Of a DNA stretch of 64,000 bases, positions 10,845 through 21,083 are shown piece by piece. The notes under the pieces are model-generated. The model searched no databases and was not told the DNA's origin. It worked only from the letters and a program-made list of their open reading frames with translations. The position numbers and the translations under genes are program-made. Numbering within the stretch: position 1 is the first letter of the stretch; each line of letters starts with the position of its first letter. Origin of the DNA: an uncultured Chloroflexia bacterium (GTDB taxonomy: Bacteria > Chloroflexota > Anaerolineae > Anaerolineales > Villigracilaceae); NCBI GenBank assembly GCA_963750005.1, contig CAVVPC010000008.1, forward strand, positions 8,083-72,082, written 5' to 3'.

Positions 10845-13800
10845 ATGCCACAGAAAGACCCAAAGAGCGAGCGCAGTTTAGGCGCAGGTTTGCTTCAGCA
10901 AAGCCGTGCTTTCTTCACGGGGCGCGAAGAAGAAAAAAGACTATTTCGTGACGCTCTCCAAACTCTCAAAAGGACAGATGAAGCAATTGGCACAAGGGTG
11001 TTCAATATTTACGGCCAGGGAGGAATGGGAAAAACCACCTTACTGTTCGAATACAGACACATCTGTGAAGAAGAGCAAATTTCGTATATCTATATTGATG
11101 CAAAGCGTGAAAGTGGGGAAAGCATCGTTGACTTGTTCGACCTGATGCGAAGTATACGATCCCATGTATCCCAATTAGGTCTTCGTAAATTCCCCCACAT
11201 ACATCCTTTTTCAGAATTTGATAAAGCGTACAAACGATATAGAGGGTTGCAAGAAAAGGTCCGTCAAAAAGAAGAAAAAGAAACCTCTCCCCAGTCTTCA
11301 CGTGGCCTTGCAAAAATTGTTGCTGGTGTTGTTCAGGAAAGCTCCAAGTTGCTTCCTGGTGGACAAATCATTTCTGGAATTGCTGGCAATGAGAGAATGC
11401 AAGAGGGCATTGGAGAATTGGCAGGCTCAACCGCTTCAACCTTAAAAGAATGGTATCTTAACGCTTTTGGTAACGCAGATGATGCTGAGTTCTTTCAAAG
11501 GCCGGAGCCGCGATTGACCGAGAAGTTATCTGATGCGTTGGAAAAAATCTTTGGAAACGAGGTTTTCGTTTTGTTATTAGATACATACGAAGAGCTCAAT
11601 AATTTTGATCCAATGATACGGGAGCAATTCCTTGCCAACTTGAACATAAGGTTGGTGGCAGTACTATCTGGTCGTTACTCCCTCGATGACCGGTGCGAAG
11701 TGGCCTGGCGGGACAGTATTCACTTTATCGAGATGAAGCCTTTTAATCAGAGTGAAGTAGTTGATTTTCTCAAGAGACAATCATGGGACAATAGAGAATT
11801 GAGTATAAGGATTTATGAATTTACTCAGGGATTGCCATTAGCTGTTGGCTTGGCATTCGAAACCCTGAAATTAATAGGCGATGTATCTCTAGCCATTAAA
11901 GCTTTTGAAGTCGACAGTGCAGACCTCCCTGTTTCTTTACAGGAAAAAAGAATGAAAATTATTGATAAGGCGGTTGATATATTTTTGAGCCAGGTTCCCG
12001 AAAATCAACGCCGCTATGTTTGGTCTGCTGCAGTTTTGTACGGTTTAATGAAGAATGTTTGTCTGCTATAAACAAGGAAATCGAATTCAATAAAAAATTG
12101 TATAACCAATTAGTTCATTTCTCGTTCGTTATTGAACTGGGGGACGGGTACCTCGTGCACGATTTGGTGCGCAACTTTATGTTGTTAAAATCTGCAACAT
12201 CGCCATTCAACGGAATTCTTTTCCTTGCACGGCCGGGCAGCTGAGTATTATTTAGCTCGGCGTGAAAAACTCGAAGCTGTAAGTCCCGATTCCACAGGCA
12301 GCGTGGAATGGCGGGCCTTAACTTTGGAGTATATATATCATATCCTGCAAGTGGATCATCAATCTGGGGGGAATATCTTATTTCAGTTTCTCGCCGATGC
12401 GCTATATGAGCAGGAGTATATCTATGCTCATCAGTTAACCGAAATCCTTAAGCGTCCTCCACAGATTACAGAATTAGATTTGCGGAATTTACGCAAATGC
12501 TGCATTTCCCTGGAAAATGGTGATGACGCGCATGCTTGTACCATATTGGAGGGCAGATCTTGCTGCCATCGATATTCCTGCTTACCAACAGTACATAGCA
12601 GCGATGACATTAGGGAACCTGCGCATAGGATGGCCTTTTAATGATTACCACAAGGCTCTCACACACTATACTCATGCATATGCTGCGGCTCTGAAAATCC
12701 CTGCTGCTGATCGAGCCTCACTGGCACTTGCCATGCAGGGAGAATGTCATGGGTATCTTCAAAAGTGGGACCTTGCGGCTGACGAGATACAAACAGCGCT
12801 TGACCTTGCGAAGGAATCTGGAGATCAGCTTGCGGTGATAAAATGCCAAATTCGCCTTGGAAAGGTCTTCCGTGGACAAGGTAAGTTAGAGGAGGCAAAG
12901 AAGCTGTTTGTTGTAGAATTGCCTCAGGGAATGAAGAACCGTACACAAATAAAAATACAGATCCTGGAGGAATTGGGATTAACCCTGGAGGCGCAAGAAA
13001 AATATCAGGAAGCAATTACTCAGTTTGAAGAGAGTCTCAATCTGGCTCGAAAACTCTCTCTAAATGAAAAATTGGCATCGACATGGCAAATGCTGGGCGT
13101 GGCCTACCAACTATGGGGGAAACTGGATAAGGCTCTTCAATGTTATACCGAAGCTCTCAAAGTAAATGAAAAAATCATAACGAGGGTTTTTCGGCTAATG
13201 TGCTTAAGAACATTGGTTATCTTTACCAAAGAAAAGGCGAATTGGCCAAGGCAGTCTCCTATCTTGAGCAAAGCCGTGAGAAATACTTAGCATTAGAATA
13301 TTTTTCAGCAGTAGCCAGTCTATGCGGTGACCTGGGATATACGTATCTTCAACAAAGCCGGTTCGATGATGCGATCCGCTGTTTGAGGATGCACGTGAGC
13401 GATACATAGCACTCGGGCAGACTGCGGAATTAGCAGAGACCCTAGGCGGTTTGGGATGGGCGTATGAGGAACGGGGAGACTATGCTCGTGCAATCAAATA
13501 CCTGGAGCAGAGTAAAGAAGTATATACCCAACTAGATCGCCCTGCAGATGTGGCAAATATGTGGCGTCAATTGGGGGAATTTTATCGTCGGTGGGGAAAG
13601 TTTGAGATAGCGATAAATTGTTATGAAGAAGCGCGCGAGCGTTATACGACGCTCGGGCAGGCAGCGGAGATAGCAAGATCACTCCGAGGCCTGGGAGCGA
13701 CGTATCGGACGCGCGGAGACTATGACTGTGCGCTTGAGCATCTCGAGAGGAGTAAAGAACTATACAGTCAATTAGACCGTCCTGAAGGTGTTGCGTTCCT

Positions 13801-14792
13801 TTGTTGGTGGATTGCAACTGTTTATATTGGCGAGGGGAAACTCGATGATGCGATCCGATGTTATGAGGATGCATGTGAACGATATATGATAATTGGGCGG
13901 CCTGCGGAAAAAGCAGGCATCCTATTGGGGTTGGGATGGGTGTATCAACTACATGGGGATTATGCCCGTGCAGTTAAATATCTGGAGCAGGGTAAAGAGT
14001 TATTTGTCCAGCTAGATCGTCCTGCAAATGTTGCGAACATGTGGCGTCAATTGGGAACAGTCTACCGTAATTGGGGAAAGTTTAATGAAGCGATTCAGTG
14101 TTATGAAGAAACGCACAAACAGTATACTGCTCTCGATGACACAGAGGGACTAGCCTACGCCTTGGCAGATTTAGGTCGGACCTATCAAGAAAGTGAAAAA
14201 TACACCTATGCTACAGAGTATTTTAATCTAAGCAAAGAATTGTATTTTCGAATTGGTCGAACTATTGATATCGCTAGGATTTGGAGCCTGACTGGTGAAT
14301 TTGAAATATTAAGAGAAAATTACCAACAATCATTGGAATGTTTCTGTAAAGCATTGGAAGTTGCTGAAAAGTATGAACTCATCTGGCACAAAGCCTGGGC
14401 GCTTTCTGGTATTGGAGATAGCCTACAACAATTAGGAAAATATCGGGAAGCCGGTCAAAAGTATATTGATGCCCTGAATATATTGAATATGGTCGATGCG
14501 CCCATACAGCTTTCCAAGATACAAATCGGTATAAGCCGACTGCTCTGGCACGCAGGCAAACGCCAGGAAGCGGGATTGAAAATTGGGGAAACCATTCGGA
14601 TGTTGGAGCAGCGCAATCAAATTCTGAGAGAAGGCTCTGGTATTGCGTGATTTGGGAAAGTTCTTCCTAAAATTTGGAGAAACGAAACCAGCACGCGAAT
14701 GCTTCCACTCAGCGCTAGAGATATTCATATTGCACACGAATGAGTATGAAGCCCAGAAAATAAAGGAAATATTAAGTGGAATAGATTGCTAA
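10845..14792 (+). CDS. STAND-type P-loop ATPase with a long TPR array (several frameshifts)
   Basis: FTGREEE, Walker A GQGGMGKT, Walker B LLLDTYE, GLPLAV, HDLVR; ORFs 12517-14650 are TPRs; AT-richer than the flanks. Confidence 0.85.
13211..14200 (+). repeat. Tandem 240-nt (two-TPR) coding repeats
   Basis: ttgggatgggcgtat..cctgcagatgtggcaaatatgtggcgtcaattggg at 13451 recurs at 13931 (480 nt later), with a related unit at 13691. Confidence 0.75.
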
Positions 14793-14814
14793 GCCTGTGA
14801 CACCTTACTCAATA

Positions 14815-14895
14815 TGTCATTGCGAGCCGCCGTTCTCCGGCGGCGAAGCAATCTCCTCATACCGTAGGATTGTTCTCCGTAGACTCACAATGACA
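14815..14895. repeat. GTCATTGCGAG...CAATGAC-type REP-like palindrome
   Basis: tgtcattgcgag..cgaagcaatctc..ggattgtt..ctcacaatgaca. Confidence 0.7.
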
Positions 14896-14972
14896 GAGCA
14901 ATAACAATCCATCTCTCCCTCCTCAATCCATACTATAATTCCCACATCTAAACAACTACGGGACCTCACTTC

Positions 14973-17900
14973 ATGACCCCCAACAACTTCCGAGAAAAAG
15001 CAAACTTTATCTGGCAGGTGGCGGACGATATCCTGCGCGGCACGTTCAAGGCCCACGAGTACGGCGATGTGATCCTGCCGTTCGTCGTCCTCCGCCGTCT
15101 GGACCTGGTGCTCGAGCCGAAAAAAGACGATGTCATCAAGCAGTACGAGCAGTTCAAGGCCTCGCTCGACGAAGAGCGGCTGACGCCGATCCTGCGGCAG
15201 GCAGCGGGAGGGACCAATTTCTACAATCACTCCTTCTATGACCTGCGCCGGCTGGCCCAGGATTTCGAAGAATATCGAGCTCAATTTCAATAACTACCTG
15301 AATGGCTATTCCAGGAACGTGCGGGAGATCATCGAGAACTTCCAGCTCGAAAAGATCATCACGAAACTGGTGAAGAATGACCTGCTCTACCAACTGGTGG
15401 AGATGTTCACCGAAGTGGACCTCAGTCCCAACAATGTGACCAACCACGAGATGGGCTATATCTTCGAAGAACTGCTGCGGCGCTTCTCGGAAATGTCGAA
15501 TGAGACGGCGGGAGAGCATTACACGCCGCGTGAAGTCATCCGCCTGATGGTCAGTTTGATATTTGCAGAGCACAAGGACGAATTGAAAGGCAAGGGGATC
15601 ATTCGTACAGTGTTCGACCCCGCTTGTGGTGCGCCACGAGGCGCTATCAAACAATACCAGAAAGGAAAGGAGGCAATCCGTAAGGTCAGCAGTATGCCTC
15701 AATACTGCTGAGGCTGATCCGGCAGGCAGGGGAAAACAAGTCAGAACCTGTCTGAAGCCCGGAGAACACGCGGGAAGGGTCGGAACTCCATCACGAACCC
15801 CAGACCGCAAGCCTGAGCCGAAGCAAGGTTACGCAAGAAATCTCTGTCAGAAGCGCCCAGAGGGTCAACATCCTGGAAACGATGGAGATGGGATGGAAGT
15901 CATCGGGTAACTGTTGTGTCGCATGGAAAACAGTGAAAAGTCCAACTGCTGAGACGAACCGACAATGGCTCATGAGGTATAAGCCAGCGGACGATGACGA
16001 CGATGTCAGGCGACATCGGACGGGCGTACAGGAGAAACCTAAACTTCGGTGTAAAGGGTTTGGTAGCGAACGTGGGAGACCCAACCACCCGCCCTGCATA
16101 AGGGCTGGATCGGCTGTGATTGATGTGGTGGAAGGGAGTCGGAGCAGCCATAGTAGTCAGAGATGGAGAAGAGCCATCACGTGGCGAAGGGCTGCAAGGA
16201 TTGGAGAGGAACTTGCGTGTGCGAACTCTGCTGGGACAATCCCAAAGGAACATTCTGTAGACGTATGGATGATATTCGCAAGACACAAGAGAGTTTCGCC
16301 CGAAAAGCGCAAACACAACCGGAACACCGGTTCGGGGATCTGTACCATTTAATCTGTCGTGAAGATTGGCTAAGAAATGCTTTGGAAAAGGTATTGAGTA
16401 ATCCGGGCAGCCGCACTGCGGGAATAGATAAGATCACCCGAAAAGACCTCAAAGAAGAAGAGCAGAAAACAGCGTTCATTCAAGCACTCCGAACCGAACT
16501 CAAAGATGGGACATATCGCCCTCAGCCAGTAAAACGGCGCTGGATACCGAAAGCGAACGGGAAACAACGTCCGCTGGGTATCCCGACCATGAAAGACCGG
16601 GCGGTACAAATGGCGCTCAAACTGTTGCTTGAACCCATCTGGGAGAGTGACTTTCTGGACTGCTCAAACGGCTTTCGTCCTGGACGGCGTACGATGGACA
16701 ATATTCGGGTTTGCCAAAGTCGGATCACCACCCAAAATAAATACCTATGGGTTGTGGAAGGAGATATTACAGGATGTTTTGACCATGTACAACATGCCAT
16801 CCTGCTGAAACTGGTTGCAAAGCGAGTAAAAGATAAACGCATCCTGACACTGATCGAAGCGATGCTCAAAGCCGGGATCATGGAGAACGGGCTGTTCCAG
16901 CACACGGAAGAAGGCACACCGCAAGGCGGCATTCTGTCACCCTTACTCGCCAATATCTACCTGCACCAGTTTGACCTGTGGTGGTGGGAGAAATATGGCA
17001 AACTTCCGCCATATGAGAAAGCCAAGCGGCGCAAGGCTAAAATGGGAAACTATATCCTGACCCGCTATGCCGATGATTTTATTCTGCTCTGCAACGGGAC
17101 AAAAGCCGAAGCGGAAAAGATAAGAGAAGAAGCCCGGCAGGTACTATGGAATAAACTCCAACTGGAGCTTTCGTTGGAGAAAACCCACCTCACCCATGCC
17201 ACCGATGGCTTTGACTTTCTGGGTTACCATCTGGAATGGAAATTGCCACGCAACCAGAAACCCTGGCTCAGGGTCACTCCCAACCAGAAGAGTATCGAAC
17301 GGTTCAAACGTACCCTCAAGGAACAAACCCGCAGAAACACCTTCTACCAGTCCCCTTTGGAAAAAGTGCGCGGCCTCAACCGGGTTATGCAGGGCTGGAA
17401 CCGATACTACGAATACGTCAATGCCACACAGGATGCCAGCAAACTCACCTTCTGGGCGAACGACCGTCTTTTCCTCTGGCTCAAGAAGCGCCACAAGAAA
17501 GGAGCGCATTGGATCATCCAACACTACCGTCAGAGAGAAAAGAAAGGCACATTCAACCGTTGGAACTTGGGGGTGCAAGATGAAAACGGGCAAACCATCT
17601 TTCTCTACCAGATGTCCGACTTACACCGCCGCATTTACTACCCTCACAAGCATCCCCACCCATACTTGACACAACCAGAGACAAACACCTTCCCTGAAAC
17701 CGCTTTTCCGCTATACTGGGAAGGTACAACTACACCCGAAAAGGCCGACTGGGCTGAAATCCGGCTGGCTGTTCTGCAACGGGATGATTACCACTGCGTC
17801 GAATGTGGCAGCCCCAACCATCTTCATGTACATCATATCCGCTCCCGCAAAAAGGGCGGAACCACTCAAATGGACAACCTGCAAACTCTGTGTGAAAGTT

Positions 17901-19152
17901 GCCATGCGAAAACCCCTTCCTGGGGCAGACCCAAAGGGACTTCGGGTAGTACCCAATCTCGGAGAGCCGGATGAAGGGAAACTTTCATGTCCGGTTCGGT
18001 GAGAGGGGTGGAGAAACACGCTGGTTGCAAAACCAGAAGGTGCGCTCTGCCCCTACTCTACGGACAGGCGGTATGCTCGTCGCTGCCAAAGAATACATCC
18101 ACGATGAGATCAACGCGGATGTGGAAGTGGTGATGTACGGGCAGGAACTCAACGAGCAGACGTATGCCATCGCCAAATCGGACGTGCTCATCATGGGCGA
18201 GAATGCCGAGAATATCCGGGACCAATCGAGCTTCAGCAAAGATCAGTTCAAGGGACAGCGCTTCAGTTATATGCTGAGCAACCCGCCGTTCGGGGTGAGC
18301 TGGGTCAAGGAAGAAAACTTCATCAAGAACGAAGCCAACGACCCGCATGGACGGTTCAGTGCAGGAACACCGCGCACCAGTGACGGCGCGCTGCTCTTCC
18401 TGCAGCACATGATCTCGAAGATGGAAGCCGGCGGGAGCCGTATTGCGATCATCTTCAACGGCTCGCCGCTGTTTACAGGTGACGCGGGTGGAGGCGAGAG
18501 TAATATTCGCAAATGGATCATCGAAAACGACTGGCTTGAAGCCGTGATTGCCATGCCAACCGAAATGTTCTACAACACAGGCATTGCCACATATGTTTGG
18601 ATTGTGACCAATCGCAAGCCTGCTCACCGCAAAGGCAAGGTGCAGCTCATCAACGCCGTGGACTTTGCCGCGCCGATGCGCAAGAGCCTGGGAAACAAAC
18701 GGCAGTATTTTACGGATGACCACATTCAACAAATCACCAAGATTTATACAGACTTTGCCGAGAGCAAGATAAGCAAGATTTTTGACAATGAAGATTTCGG
18801 GTATACCAAAGTGACGGTAGAACGACCGCCAGCAGAACAGACCCTAAAGGTCTCACGGGAAGACTCTAAAACCAAAAAAGCGGCGAAGACCTTTAGGGTC
18901 TCTGACGCCAGTTTGCGTGATTACGAAAAGATCCCGTTGAAAGCTGACATTGATGTCTACTTCGAACGCGAAGTGAAGCCGCACGTGCCCGATGCCTGGA
19001 TGGACAGAAGCAAGGACAAAGTTGGTTATGAAATCAGCTTCACCAAGTATTTCTATGAATATCAACCTTTGCGTTCACTGGCAGAAATCAAAGCCGATAT
19101 ATTGAAATTAGAAGCCGAGACCGAAGGCTTGCTGGGGGAGATTCTGGACTGA
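14973..19152 (+). CDS. hsdM: Type I restriction-modification methyltransferase HsdM, split by a group II intron (exons 14973-15628 and 18062-19152; one frameshift ~15265)
   Basis: ANFIWQVADDILRG, MGYIFEELLRRF, AGEHYTPREVI; spliced motif I DPACG|TGGML; motif IV NPPFG. Confidence 0.93.
15629..18061 (+). mobile_element. Group II intron (full length, with RT/maturase/HNH ORF)
   Basis: 5' GTGCG at 15629; domain V gagccggatgaagggaaactttcatgtccggttc (~17964-17997); domain VI hairpin ending ctctAC at 18061; removal restores the hsdM frame. Confidence 0.93.
16265..17974 (+). CDS. ltrA: Group II intron-encoded reverse transcriptase/maturase with C-terminal HNH endonuclease
   Basis: RPLGIPTMKDR, GTPQGGILSPLLANIYL, RYADD, GFDFLG, domain X, CVECG..HHI...NLQTLCESCH; likely start ATG 16265. 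Confidence 0.94.
   Translation: MDDIRKTQESFARKAQTQPEHRFGDLYHLICREDWLRNALEKVLSNPGSRTAGIDKITRKDLKEEEQKTAFIQALRTELKDGTYRPQPVKRRWIPKANGKQRPLGIPTMKDRAVQMALKLLLEPIWESDFLDCSNGFRPGRRTMDNIRVCQSRITTQNKYLWVVEGDITGCFDHVQHAILLKLVAKRVKDKRILTLIEAMLKAGIMENGLFQHTEEGTPQGGILSPLLANIYLHQFDLWWWEKYGKLPPYEKAKRRKAKMGNYILTRYADDFILLCNGTKAEAEKIREEARQVLWNKLQLELSLEKTHLTHATDGFDFLGYHLEWKLPRNQKPWLRVTPNQKSIERFKRTLKEQTRRNTFYQSPLEKVRGLNRVMQGWNRYYEYVNATQDASKLTFWANDRLFLWLKKRHKKGAHWIIQHYRQREKKGTFNRWNLGVQDENGQTIFLYQMSDLHRRIYYPHKHPHPYLTQPETNTFPETAFPLYWEGTTTPEKADWAEIRLAVLQRDDYHCVECGSPNHLHVHHIRSRKKGGTTQMDNLQTLCESCHAKTPSWGRPKGTSGSTQSRRAG
18839..18901. repeat. 15-bp perfect inverted repeat inside hsdM exon 2
   Basis: agaccctaaaggtct (18839-18853) / agacctttagggtct (18887-18901). 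Confidence 0.7.
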
Positions 19153-20483
19153 TGAAAGCCTATCCAGCATATAAGGAATCCAATGTTGAATGGTTCGGAA
19201 CCATCCCATCACATTGGGGAACAGTTCCTCTCAAGTATGTCTGTTACATGAAGGGGAGAATTGGTTGGCAGGGACTTACACAATCAGAGTTTATTGATGA
19301 AGGTCCTTATTTGATTACTGGAATGAACTTCAAAAATGGGACGATGAATTGGGATGAGTGTTATCACATCAGCAAAGAGCGATACGTAGAGGCTCCCGAA
19401 ATCCATGTTCGTGAAGGTGATGTCTTAATCACAAAAGATGGCACGATTGGTAAATTGCTTTTCATGGATCATCTTCCTGGACCAACTTCGCTCAATAGCC
19501 ACCTATTAATACTCCGCCCTCGTAATGATGAATTTACCCCAAAATATTTGTATTATCTTCTCCACTCTGATGCTTTTCTGCGATTTGTTGATAACGTAAA
19601 GACTGGAACGACTTTCTATGGAATTACCCAAGCATCAATGGGTGATTTTAGGATGCTGATATTCGATAAAGCCGAACAACAAGCCATTGCGGACTTCCTG
19701 GACTGTAAAACCGTACAGATTGATACGCTGATCGAAAAGAAACAGCGCCAGATTGACCTACTCCAAGAACAGCGGACAGCGCTCATCAATCACGCCGTTA
19801 CGAAGGGATTGAATCCCAAAGTGCCGATGAAAGATTCGGGTGTGGAGTGGCTAGGGCAGATTCCGAGTCATTGGGAAGTTGAAGAGTTACGACGACATTG
19901 GAAAATAATTGATTGTAAGCATCGCACTGCTACTTACGTTGATGGTGAAGGTATCCCTATTGTAAGCACCACTGAAATAAAACCAGGTCGTTTATCTCTT
20001 GAAAAAACCCGATTGACAACTCGTGAAGATTATTTGGATTTAGCCGAAGGAGAAAGGAGGCCAAAGAGAGGAGACATTATTTATAGTCGTAATGCTTCTC
20101 TGGGTTCAGCCGCATTCGTGGATACCGACCAAGAATTTTGCATGGGACAAGATGTATGTTTGATTACATCCGACAATCAAAGTCAACTATTCTTATCATA
20201 TCAAGTTAATAACCCTTTAGTTTTGCGACAACTTGAATCAATGGTTGTAGGGGCGACGTTCAAGCGAATAAACATAGGACAAATCCTCTTGTTTGCTGTG
20301 TTGCGACCACCAGTAGAAGAGCAGGTTGAAATAGCCCGTTATTTAGATTTGATGACCACAAAGATTGATAATTTGATTTGAATAATTCAACGCGTGATTG
20401 AATTTCAAAAGGAATATCGAACGGCGCTCATCTCCGAAGCCGTGACAGGCAAGATCGATGTGAGAAAGACCGTCCACGAATAG
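19152..20483 (+). CDS. hsdS: Type I RM specificity subunit HsdS (in-frame TGA at 20379-20381 before the last ~33 codons)
   Basis: Two TRDs separated by EQQAIADFLD..AVTKGLNPKVPMKDSGVEWLGQIP; after the TGA the frame continues IIQRVIEFQKEYRTALISEAVTGKIDV. Confidence 0.92.
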
Positions 20484-21062
20484 GGCCACGAATGCACGAA
20501 TAGTGACGGGTACATTCGTTTATTGGTGCAGAATTCGTGGATGGTTTTTACAGGATCACCGACACTATAATAGAGACGACATGCCCCTCGTAGTTGACCC
20601 AACTGGAAACGACCTCACCTATCGGCTCATCGGCTTGGCGATGGAAGTCCATAATGAGATTGGTCATGGCTTCAAAGAGGAAGTTTACGAGAAAGCGATG
20701 GAAGTGAAACTCAACCATGCTGGCATCGAGCCGAACCGTCAATATGAAGTGTTTGTTGATTTTGAGGGCGAGCGGGTGGCAACTTTCTATCTGGATTTTT
20801 TTGTGGAGAAGCAGGTGGTCGTGGAGGTCAAGGCGTTTAGTCATCAACTCACTAATGACGAACTAGCGCAAGTCATCAATTATCTAAAAGCCACAGGCGC
20901 GCCAGTGGGTCTGCTTTTCAACTTTGGGCGTAGAAAACTGGAATATCGGCGGGTCTTTCCCGGCAAGGACGTCAAACCCGTTCAGCGTATTGGGCGCGAC
21001 AACGTCATCAAAAAGTGACCACCGTCTGGCGGAGCATTCGTGCATTCGTGAAAAATTCGTGG
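20474..21062. mobile_element. GxxExxY cassette bounded by CACGAAT/ATTCGTG inverted repeats
   Basis: ccacgaatagggccacgaatgcacgaat (20474-20501) is nearly the reverse complement of attcgtgcattcgtgaaaaattcgtgg (21036-21062). Confidence 0.6.
20581..21018 (+). CDS. GxxExxY protein (PD-(D/E)XK nuclease-like)
   Basis: AMEVHNEIGHGFKEEVYEKA, D..VVEVKA, QVINYLKATG..GLLFNFG. Confidence 0.92.
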   Translation: MPLVVDPTGNDLTYRLIGLAMEVHNEIGHGFKEEVYEKAMEVKLNHAGIEPNRQYEVFVDFEGERVATFYLDFFVEKQVVVEVKAFSHQLTNDELAQVINYLKATGAPVGLLFNFGRRKLEYRRVFPGKDVKPVQRIGRDNVIKK

Positions 21063-21083
21063 ACGGTTTGTCTGGAGTAAACC

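Noticed and set aside
15626-16352. ORFs 15626-15910, 15882-16352 and their antisense ORFs
   Set aside because: They overlap intron RNA domains I-III and have no recognisable protein motifs.
13211-17974. RT near variable TPR repeats as a diversity-generating retroelement or retron
   Set aside because: The RT has maturase and HNH domains and lies within complete group II intron ends. I saw no template/variable repeat pair differing only at adenines.
17971-18061. N-terminus of the 393-aa ORF (MKGNFHVRFGERGG...)
   Set aside because: This is intron domain V/VI read in frame with hsdM exon 2, not a real start.
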